IMG/VR virus record: IMGVR_UViG_3300045988_142036 | Coordinates: 1-40,543 of that record | Direction: 5' to 3' (one strand) | Source of the DNA: a virus | Length of the DNA stretch: 40,543 bases | In this document: in pieces, positions 33,869 through 40,543 of the stretch | Numbering within the stretch: the first letter of the stretch is position 1 | How the letters are laid out: every line of letters starts with the position of its first letter | The notes under the pieces: model-generated | The model's database searches: none | Seen by the model: only the letters and a program-made list of their open reading frames with translations | Told to the model about the DNA's origin: nothing | Made by a program: the position numbers and the translations under genes

Positions 33869-34728
33869 TGAGTACAACAGTAACCACCACAGAAAAGAAA
33901 CTAACATTAGGAAACTTCCTCAATCAAGCTAACACAGCTGATTTCCTAACAAAGACATTAGGGTCAAGAAAATCAGAATTTGTATCTAACCTCTTAGCCC
34001 TTTCAGACAGCAATAAAGAGCTGTTACAATGCGATAATTCAGAACTAATGAAATGTGCATTGAATGCCACAGCTCTAAACCTGCCACTTAACAAGAATTT
34101 AGGGTATGCGTATGTTATCGCTTACAAAGATTGGAAGACCCAAGAAGTACATCCACAATTTCAAATGGGATATAAAGGGTTCATTCAGTTGGCTATCCGA
34201 AGCGGTCAATACAGAACCATTAACACCTGCGAGGTGCGAGAGGGTGAGATTAAGCGTAACAAGTTCACAGGACACACTGAATTTCTTGGAGAAAATCCTG
34301 AAGGTAAAGTCATAGGTTATTTAGCTTACATAGAGCTACAAAATGGCTTTCAACAATCACTATATATGAGCCTTGAGCAGGTGCAGGCACACGTAAGTAA
34401 GTACTCACAAAGTGGGATAGATAAAAATACTGGAGAGTTCAAAGGGGTGTGGAGAAACGAATTTGATGCCATGGCAAAGAAAACAGTCCTCAAGCTACTA
34501 CTTAATCGCTACGGGGTGTTATCAGTAGAAATGCAGAATGCCATAGAGAAAGACCAAGCAGATAGCGAGGGGCGTTATATAGATAATCCGCAAGCAGGTA
34601 GGTATGTACAAGATGCTGTTGTCATTGAGCAAAGCGAGCCTACCGAAGTAGCAAGTCAAGAAGAGCCAGTAGCTCCTGCTCCTGCCCCTTCAGAAGGTCC
34701 TAAACAAGTTGATTTTAAAACCCTGTAA
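33868..34728 (+). CDS. recT: RecT-family single-strand annealing recombinase
   Basis: ALNLPLNKNLGYAYVIAY..QMGYKGFIQLAIRSGQY..AMAKKTVLKLLL. Confidence 0.85.
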   Translation: MSTTVTTTEKKLTLGNFLNQANTADFLTKTLGSRKSEFVSNLLALSDSNKELLQCDNSELMKCALNATALNLPLNKNLGYAYVIAYKDWKTQEVHPQFQMGYKGFIQLAIRSGQYRTINTCEVREGEIKRNKFTGHTEFLGENPEGKVIGYLAYIELQNGFQQSLYMSLEQVQAHVSKYSQSGIDKNTGEFKGVWRNEFDAMAKKTVLKLLLNRYGVLSVEMQNAIEKDQADSEGRYIDNPQAGRYVQDAVVIEQSEPTEVASQEEPVAPAPAPSEGPKQVDFKTL

Positions 34729-34730
34729 GT

Positions 34731-34949
34731 ATGAGAACAAGTTATTTTACCCTTGGACAATCGCACGTATATCGCTTTAATGGACAAACCTTAGACCGTG
34801 ATTGTGTGATTAAGATAACAGCCGAAAATCCAAGAGATGTAATGGTTGAGTACTTTGGCTTAGGGTGGGCTTTTGAATATGATGAACGCCCTGAAATGAG
34901 ATACTTCCCACGTGGTGTATATAACCTAACTAACAACAAATGGGAATAG
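34731..34949 (+). CDS. Hypothetical protein
   Basis: 72-aa ORF. Confidence 0.5.
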   Translation: MRTSYFTLGQSHVYRFNGQTLDRDCVIKITAENPRDVMVEYFGLGWAFEYDERPEMRYFPRGVYNLTNNKWE

Positions 34950-35575
34950 CAAAAGTCATTAGTTCAGGTAGCGAGGGTAACGCCGTGATATACAACAATG
35001 CAATAATGGTAGATTGCGGCGTTTCTCTCAAAGCCTTAGAAGCAGTCAAACGTTCTTTGAAAATAGTACTCCTAACTCACAAGCACGGAGACCATCTAAA
35101 AATACGCACCTTGCAGCGGTTACAAGCTGAAAGACCAACCTTGCGGGTGGCTTGCGGTGATTTTCTCTTAGAGGAGTTGCCTTGTATCAAGAATATAGAT
35201 GTATTGCAAGTGGGTAAGATATACGATTATGGAGCGTTCAAGGTATCACCCGTAAAGCTGTATCACGATGTCCCTAATTTCGGTTGGCGGATATTCCTAC
35301 CCAACGGACAAAAGATATTTCACGCTACCGATACAGTACATTTAGAGGGTATCACAGCCAAAGGGTATGACCTCTATGCTATTGAGCATAACTATTGCGA
35401 GGAGTATATACAGCAAGCGATTGAGGAAGCACGAGCCAACGGAGAATATACGCACGCTTACGGCAATATCAATACACACCTTAGCATACAGCAAGCAAGG
35501 GCGTTTATTGAGGCAAACAGAAAGGAAAGCAGTGAGGTTTTAGAGCTGCATAAAAGTAGAAGTTTTTATAAGTAA
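34940..35575 (+). CDS. MBL-fold metallo-hydrolase
   Basis: VLLTHKHGDHL (HxHxDH) plus downstream His/Asp residues. Confidence 0.8.
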   Translation: MGIAKVISSGSEGNAVIYNNAIMVDCGVSLKALEAVKRSLKIVLLTHKHGDHLKIRTLQRLQAERPTLRVACGDFLLEELPCIKNIDVLQVGKIYDYGAFKVSPVKLYHDVPNFGWRIFLPNGQKIFHATDTVHLEGITAKGYDLYAIEHNYCEEYIQQAIEEARANGEYTHAYGNINTHLSIQQARAFIEANRKESSEVLELHKSRSFYK

Positions 35576-35587
35576 AATTTAAATAAA

Positions 35588-35878
35588 ATGAGTAAGAAAA
35601 TTAAAAATGGAGAACAACCTATAGTGGCTATGCCTTTGTTAATTACTAATAGTAGAGATGATGACGATAAATTCATTATGGCAAGCGAATATATTAGGGA
35701 AAGATACCCTTCGGATATTGCTAACTGCTTAGGAATAACCAAGCGTGAACAAATAGCAATAGAAGCAGCAAAAGCTATGTTAAGTAAAGGTAATGAAAGT
35801 ATATACATAGTTGCAGGAAAAGCAGTGTTATTTGCTGATGCTTTATTAGAAAAACTTGAAAAACAACAAACAAAATAA
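35588..35878 (+). CDS. Hypothetical protein
   Basis: 96-aa ORF, preferred over the Cys/Phe/Ser-rich antisense ORF 35566..36000. Confidence 0.55.
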   Translation: MSKKIKNGEQPIVAMPLLITNSRDDDDKFIMASEYIRERYPSDIANCLGITKREQIAIEAAKAMLSKGNESIYIVAGKAVLFADALLEKLEKQQTK

Positions 35879-36333
35879 TGGAAATACAAGGACGCGTAAA
35901 ACAGATATTCCCCTCTCAGATAATAGGACAAAACGGCTTTGAGAAAAGGGATTTGGTAATCACAACGGAGGAGCAATACCCGCAAACGATCATCATCCAA
36001 TTTACCCAGCAGCGTTGTGACCTCTTAGACAGCTTGCAAGTGGGGCAAAATGTAAAGGTATATATCAATATCAGAGGGCGTGAATGGACAAACCCTCAAG
36101 GAGAGACCAAGTACTTTAACACAATAGAGGGTTGGAAAATTGAGGTGATACAGACTACTAATGTAGCTTATCAGCAGCCTGTACAGCAAGCACCACAGCA
36201 ACCAGTTGCACAAGCAGCGCCTGCACCTCCTCCACAGAGAGCAACTCAGCAGGTACAACAACCGCAGCTGTTTGATAACCACGGAAGGGAGCCTAACCCT
36301 GCGATATATGGGGAGGACGGATTGCCTTTTTAG
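35878..36333 (+). CDS. DUF3127-type OB-fold-like protein with an SSB-style linker and acidic tip (SSB candidate)
   Basis: The N-terminal 90 aa fit my recollection of DUF3127. A P/Q-rich linker (QQPVQQAPQQPVAQAAPAPPPQ) follows, and the terminal EDGLPF resembles the SSB DDDIPF tip. Confidence 0.6.
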   Translation: MEIQGRVKQIFPSQIIGQNGFEKRDLVITTEEQYPQTIIIQFTQQRCDLLDSLQVGQNVKVYINIRGREWTNPQGETKYFNTIEGWKIEVIQTTNVAYQQPVQQAPQQPVAQAAPAPPPQRATQQVQQPQLFDNHGREPNPAIYGEDGLPF

Positions 36334-36386
36334 GTACTACCTAAAAAACACCTAATCTTACTTTGTATCATTAAAAAATAGTTTTT

Positions 36387-36659
36387 ATGGAAACAATTCA
36401 ATTTATACAGATTACTCCGGAGCAGCTGCAAGTGGCTATTATTGAAGGGGTACGAAAGGAGTTGAACGAACTCAAAAAAGAATTTCAACCAAAAGAACCA
36501 ACTGTTTACCTTTCAAGGCATGAAGTCAAACAGATGTTAGGTATAAACCTAGCCACTCTAAACAATTGGACAAAGAAAGGCATACTAACAGCTTACGGAA
36601 TTGGCGGGCGTATATATTATAAGAGACACGAGGTAGAGGAGGCTATTAAGAAGCAATAA
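36387..36659 (+). CDS. HTH_17 excisionase-like DNA-binding protein
   Basis: LSRHEVKQMLGINLATLNNWTKKGILTAYGIGGRIYYKRHEVEEAI. Confidence 0.7.
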   Translation: METIQFIQITPEQLQVAIIEGVRKELNELKKEFQPKEPTVYLSRHEVKQMLGINLATLNNWTKKGILTAYGIGGRIYYKRHEVEEAIKKQ

Positions 36660-36689
36660 ACTATATCGTATATACTGACATATAACAAA

Positions 36690-36738
36690 AAGCAAGTATC
36701 AATAGGGATAGTAGCAGGTTCGAGTCCTGCCTTGCTTT
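36690..36738 (+). ncRNA. tRNA-like minihelix 1 (acceptor stem and T-arm, no D/anticodon arms)
   Basis: aagcaag | tatc-aatagg-gata gta | gcagg-TTCGAGT-cctgc | cttgctt t. It has a 7-bp acceptor-like stem and a canonical G-TTCGAGT-C T-loop. Confidence 0.4.
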
Positions 36739-36753
36739 CAAAATAAAGACAAA

Positions 36754-37290
36754 ATGAAAAATTTAGATTTAAAAGAAGTAAAAGATAGATTTGAGTTATA
36801 TAAGATAGCATTTAATAAAAAACCTTATATAAATAACCTTGCAAATGAATTAAGTGTAAAAACTACAACTCTTATGAAATTCATTGTAGATAATAGTAAG
36901 CATTTTATTCTTTATGAAAACGATAAAGGTACTTATATTTCTCAAATCTATTTAGACCTAAAGGATAAACCTGGAAGTGATGAGTTTGTAGCATACAATA
37001 AAGAAAAATATAAAAATACTATATTTCTTAATACTTACTCTTATCCATATAATGAAGATATTATAGAATTTCATCGTATTATAGAAGATAAAAAAGATGA
37101 TGAAAGAAGTAACGAATGGAGGAATACACCAGAGAAAATTAAAGCTGTAAAGGAATTTATAACTGATACAAAAGTTTCAATTGGTATGGACATATATAAA
37201 TACTCTGATTATATACCAAAACAAAATATAGAACTACTTATATCACAGTGTTGGAAATTTATTAATTATCATAAAAATTGTGAAGAATAA
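36754..37290 (+). CDS. Hypothetical protein (strongly A+T-rich cargo gene)
   Basis: 178-aa ORF, visibly far more A+T-rich than neighbouring genes. Confidence 0.6.
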   Translation: MKNLDLKEVKDRFELYKIAFNKKPYINNLANELSVKTTTLMKFIVDNSKHFILYENDKGTYISQIYLDLKDKPGSDEFVAYNKEKYKNTIFLNTYSYPYNEDIIEFHRIIEDKKDDERSNEWRNTPEKIKAVKEFITDTKVSIGMDIYKYSDYIPKQNIELLISQCWKFINYHKNCEE

Positions 37291-37299
37291 TAATAAACT

Positions 37300-37743
37300 A
37301 TGATTTTCAACGCAAGTAACGAGTTTGATATACAACGAGCAAAGGAGCGGTTAGGGTATCTTATTGAGAAGAAAAAGACCTTTGAAATCACTGAAAAGAA
37401 GCCTAAACGTACCTACTCACAGAACAATTACATTCACCTCCTCTTTGCGTGGTTCGCATTAGAATATGGAGAAACTCCCGAATATGTGAAACAAGAGATT
37501 TTTAAGAAGTTAGTTAATCCGCAAATATTCCTAACTGAATATGTTAATTACAAAACGGGAGAGGTAAGAGAAGCGTGGAGAAGCACAGCAGATTTAAACA
37601 CAAAGGAAATGACAACCGCTATTGATAATTTCAGAGACTATGCCAGTAAGGAAGCGGGTATATACCTACCAACGCCTGATGATTTAAATTCTCTCAATGA
37701 GATAGAAAGGCAAGTGAATAATTTACAAGGGAGGTATTATTAA
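37300..37743 (+). CDS. NinB/Orf-like recombination mediator (weak, tentative)
   Basis: KPKRTYSQNNYIHLLFAWFA loosely resembles the NinB RSLDQNRKLWA segment. Confidence 0.35.
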   Translation: MIFNASNEFDIQRAKERLGYLIEKKKTFEITEKKPKRTYSQNNYIHLLFAWFALEYGETPEYVKQEIFKKLVNPQIFLTEYVNYKTGEVREAWRSTADLNTKEMTTAIDNFRDYASKEAGIYLPTPDDLNSLNEIERQVNNLQGRYY

Positions 37744-37780
37744 GCAAGGATAATAATAAGTTGTAATGTAGCCATTGTGT

Positions 37781-37823
37781 ACCCCGATAGGCAAGCTCTC
37801 ACGTTCGAGCCGTGAGCGGGGGC
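37781..37823 (+). ncRNA. tRNA-like minihelix 2 (acceptor-like stem and T-arm)
   Basis: accccg | ataggcaagct | ctcacg-TTCGAGC-cgtgag | cggggg c. It has the same G-TTCGAGY-C loop as element 1. Confidence 0.35.
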
Positions 37824-37835
37824 AAATTAACAACC

Positions 37836-37891
37836 GATTTGAAAGGAGATTGAGCGCGCGGCAATCTTTATCAAATCTCTAATTTCAAATC
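37836..37891 (+). promoter_or_regulatory. Leader with mutually exclusive pairings upstream of the helicase-MTase gene
   Basis: GATTTGA(AA) at 37836 is complementary both to TCAAATC at 37871-37877 and to TTTCAAATC at 37883-37891. A GC-rich agcgcgcgg core lies between. Confidence 0.3.
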
Positions 37892-37895
37892 AAAA

Positions 37896-40511
37896 ATGAA
37901 CGAGTATCAAGAGTTTTTAAAGAACAAAATCAAGATAGCTCCTAAGCAAGGGTTTCCTTGTAGCCTTGATGAGATTAACCCACGAATGAAGCCCCACAAC
38001 CGATTAATGGTAAAGTGGATGGTAGAGGGTGGTAGGCGTGCCTGCTTTGCTTCTTTTGGACTTCACAAGACCGTTACACAACTTGAAGCAGTACGAGTGG
38101 TGCTCCAAAAGGCAGGAGGTGGCAAAGGGCTAATAGTTTGCCCGCTATCTGTACGACAAGAGTTTATCGAGGATGCTAAAAATATCCTTGGTTGGGAGGT
38201 AGCCCCTAAGTTTATTCGACGTATCGAGGAAACAGAGGATAAGGACGGGATATACCTAACTAATTATGAAAGTATCAGAGATGGAAAGTTAGACCCTCGA
38301 CACTTTCAGGTGGCAAGCCTTGATGAAGCAAGTATCCTCAGAGGTTTGGGAGGCTCTAAAACGTTCCGTGAGTTTATGAGACTTTTTACAGGCGATGCAG
38401 GACCCATGCAACAACGACGAGGAGCAGACAATATCAAATATCGATTTGTAGCCACGGCCACTCCCTCTCCTAATGATTACATTGAGTTATTAGCTTATGC
38501 TGATTTCTTAGGGGTGATGGACGTATCGCAAGCCAAAACGCGTTTCTTTAAGCGTGATAGCACCAAGGCTGATAAGCTCACCCTACATGCTCATAAAGAA
38601 GAGGAATTTTGGTTGTGGGTATCCTCTTGGGGACTTTTTGTTACAAAGCCTTCTGATATTACCCAAAATGAAGCAGATGATATAGGGTATATCCTTCCTG
38701 AATTAGATTTGCGTTGGCATGAAATACCTACCAATCACTTAGACGCAGGGTTTGATAAGCATGGGCAAGGGCTTTTATTTAAAGATGTAGCATTAGGATT
38801 GCAAGCATCGGCCAAGGAGAAAAGAGACTCATTAGAGGATCGTATCCAAAAGATGTTAGAACTCCGAGCAGAAGACCCTGAAGCGCATCGTGTAATATGG
38901 CACGATTTAGAGAGTGAACGCAAAGCCATTGAAAAGGCTATCCCAACCCTTAGATCAATATATGGGTCTCAGGACTTTGAAAAACGTGAGGAGATTATAA
39001 GAGCCTTTTCTTATGGTGAGTTGCAGGAGTTAGGAGCAAAGCCCGTGATAGCAGGTTCAGGGTGTAACTTTCAAAGGTATTGCAGCTGGGCTATATACTT
39101 AGGAATAGGCTATAAGTTCAACGATTTTATCCAATCTATACACCGCTTACAGCGCTTTCTCCAAAAGAACAAAGTACGTGTGGATTTAATCTATACAGAA
39201 GCAGAACGCAACGTACGAAAAACCTTAGAAACCAAGTGGAAAAATCACAACAAACTCGTAAAAAATATGACGGAAATAATCAAGAAATACGGACTATCTC
39301 ATTCTGAAATGGCACAAGTACTCACCCGCAAAATAGGGGTAGAGCGTATAGAGATAGTAGGGAGAAATTACAAGATCGTCAATAATGACAATGTATTAGA
39401 ACTCAATCCTAACGAAAATCCTCACGCTTTGAAAGATAATAGCGTGGGACTTATCCTAACCTCAATACCTTTCAGCACCCAATATGAATACTCCCCTAAT
39501 TACGCTGATTTTGGGCACTCTGAAAGCAACGAGGAGTTTTTTAAACAAATGGACTATCTCACCCCTAATTTGTTCCGAGTGTTACAGCCTGGCAGGATAG
39601 CTGCTATACACGTAAAAGACCGTATCGTACCTATGGGACTATCAGGAATGGGAGTGCAAACCGTGTATCCTTTCCATGTAGATTGCATACAGCACTACAC
39701 CAAACATGGTTTTGCTTATATGGGTATGAAAACCATTGTTACTGATGTGGTTCGTGAGAATAATCAAACCTACCGATTAGGATGGAGTGAACAATGCAAA
39801 GACGGTACTAAAATGGGTGTAGGAATGCCTGAATATCTCTTACTATTCAGAAAGCCTGCTACTGACAAAACAAACGCTTATGCAGATGAACCCGTAATTA
39901 AGAGCAAGAAAGAATACACACGTGCTAAGTGGCAAATAGATGCACACGGATTTACACGCTCCTCAGGCAACCGCTGTTTGACCCCTGAAGAACTCGCTAA
40001 ACTACCACACAATGTTATTTTCCAGGAGTACAAAAACTTCTCTCTTAATGAAGTGTATAACCACGAGCACAATGTAAAGATTGCGGAAACATTAGACCTA
40101 TATGGCAAACTCCCTACTTCTTTTATGCTCTTACAGCCACAAAGCTGGAGCGAAGAAGTTTGGACGGATATTACTCGTATGCTTACCCTTAATGGTTCCC
40201 AATGGAGCAAGGGAAAAGAAATGCACCTTTGCCCAATGCAGTTTGATATAGCAGACCGTGTGATTGAGCAGATGAGCAACAAGGGAGATATAGTATTAGA
40301 CCCCTTTGGAGGACTAATGACAGTGCCTTATCGAGCAATCCTCAAGGGTCGTTATGGGATAGGTTTTGAACTCAATCCTCAATATTTCTTAGATGGAGCA
40401 TCTTATTGCAAGGCTGCCGATGAAGAAGTAAGCATGCCTACTTTGTTTGACTTCATAGAGATAATGGAGAAAGAGCAACAAGAAAAGGAATTGCAACCTA
40501 AGTTATTTTAA
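37896..40511 (+). CDS. Superfamily-2 helicase / beta-class N6A-N4C DNA methyltransferase fusion protein
   Basis: Helicase motifs: SFGLHKT (Walker A-like), LDEAS (DEAx), ATATPSPN, QSIHRLQR (motif VI). MTase motif IV TSIPF precedes motif I VLDPFGGLMTVP..GFELNPQY. The stop lies inside the terminal repeat. Confidence 0.8.
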   Translation: MNEYQEFLKNKIKIAPKQGFPCSLDEINPRMKPHNRLMVKWMVEGGRRACFASFGLHKTVTQLEAVRVVLQKAGGGKGLIVCPLSVRQEFIEDAKNILGWEVAPKFIRRIEETEDKDGIYLTNYESIRDGKLDPRHFQVASLDEASILRGLGGSKTFREFMRLFTGDAGPMQQRRGADNIKYRFVATATPSPNDYIELLAYADFLGVMDVSQAKTRFFKRDSTKADKLTLHAHKEEEFWLWVSSWGLFVTKPSDITQNEADDIGYILPELDLRWHEIPTNHLDAGFDKHGQGLLFKDVALGLQASAKEKRDSLEDRIQKMLELRAEDPEAHRVIWHDLESERKAIEKAIPTLRSIYGSQDFEKREEIIRAFSYGELQELGAKPVIAGSGCNFQRYCSWAIYLGIGYKFNDFIQSIHRLQRFLQKNKVRVDLIYTEAERNVRKTLETKWKNHNKLVKNMTEIIKKYGLSHSEMAQVLTRKIGVERIEIVGRNYKIVNNDNVLELNPNENPHALKDNSVGLILTSIPFSTQYEYSPNYADFGHSESNEEFFKQMDYLTPNLFRVLQPGRIAAIHVKDRIVPMGLSGMGVQTVYPFHVDCIQHYTKHGFAYMGMKTIVTDVVRENNQTYRLGWSEQCKDGTKMGVGMPEYLLLFRKPATDKTNAYADEPVIKSKKEYTRAKWQIDAHGFTRSSGNRCLTPEELAKLPHNVIFQEYKNFSLNEVYNHEHNVKIAETLDLYGKLPTSFMLLQPQSWSEEVWTDITRMLTLNGSQWSKGKEMHLCPMQFDIADRVIEQMSNKGDIVLDPFGGLMTVPYRAILKGRYGIGFELNPQYFLDGASYCKAADEEVSMPTLFDFIEIMEKEQQEKELQPKLF

Positions 40512-40543
40512 ATACTCATTCATTCTTTGTCTTATGCCCTCGC
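40489..40543. repeat. Terminal direct repeat, right copy (identical to 1..55)
   Basis: Exact 55/55 match to the window start, read directly. Confidence 0.97.

Larger units (their letters stand above)
1..40543. mobile_element. Complete circularly permuted temperate tailed-phage genome (Bacteroidota-type), unit length 40,488 bp
   Basis: Full phage gene set is present: TerS/TerL, portal, protease, capsid, fibre, lysin, integrase, repressor, DnaB, RecT. The ends overlap exactly by 55 bp. Intergenic promoters are Bacteroidota-style TAnnTTTG. Confidence 0.85.

Noticed and set aside
35566-36000. 144-aa minus-strand ORF overlapping 35588..35878 and the SSB-like gene start
   Set aside because: It has implausible composition (Cys/Phe/Tyr/Ser-rich). 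The plus-strand ORFs fit the co-directional, tightly coupled operon.
36660-37830. Canonical tRNA genes at the two GTTCGAG-containing loci
   Set aside because: The distance between the acceptor-like strands (about 45-49 nt) leaves no room for D and anticodon arms, and no 5' acceptor strand is found at the about 73-nt spacing. They are reported as tRNA-like minihelices instead.
1-40543. Genome-wide stop-codon reassignment as the explanation for the in-frame TAA (30884) and TGA (16205)
   Set aside because: TAA, TAG and TGA each terminate well-supported genes here: dnaB ends in TAA, the capsid gene in TAG and the lysin in TGA, all at positions with tight coupling to the next start.

Overview
The window is a complete, circularly closed genome of a temperate tailed phage (Caudoviricetes), very probably from a Bacteroidota host. 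Bases 1-55 recur exactly at 40489-40543, so the unit length is 40,488 bp and the last gene (37896..40511) ends inside the repeat. Host phylum is inferred from at least six intergenic copies of the Bacteroidota sigma-A -7 box TAnnTTTG, here extended to TAYCTTTGC(A).

Nearly all genes are on the + strand and tightly packed, many with ATGA start/stop overlaps. Modules in order:
- replication organiser and DnaB (137-2284)
- small early genes, including a decayed MazG-like remnant
- VRR-NUC, ParB-like and Mom-like DNA-modification genes (4424-6008)
- TerS/TerL (6005-7796)
- two very large virion proteins, one tape-measure-like (8353-13414)
- a self-contained integrase island with its own promoters and terminators (13890-18210)
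- protease/scaffold, capsid, portal, neck/tube-like and fibre genes (18344-25326)
- lysis genes (25323-27224) and further virion genes (to 29128)
- a lipoprotein/secreted-protein moron pair and a CI-like repressor on the minus strand (29144-31132)
- early and recombination genes: DUF1351-like, RecT, MBL-fold hydrolase, DUF3127-type SSB-like protein, HTH_17 (31215-37743)
- an 871-aa helicase/DNA-methyltransferase fusion

Observations most worth follow-up:
1. A CI/LexA-type repressor cut into HTH and S24 halves by a single in-frame TAA.
2. Two tRNA-like acceptor/T-arm minihelices that lack D and anticodon arms and bracket a two-gene cassette.
3. Tandem AATGACW heptamer arrays at four late-gene junctions.
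4. A leftward consensus promoter firing into a bidirectional terminator, a candidate small RNA of about 95 nt, just upstream of the head operon.
5. Iterons plus an AT-rich tract inside the replication gene.
6. A layered DNA-modification/anti-restriction set (ParB-like, Mom-like, helicase-MTase).

No homology search or RNA folding could be run. Family names come from motif recognition and need HMM/BLAST confirmation.
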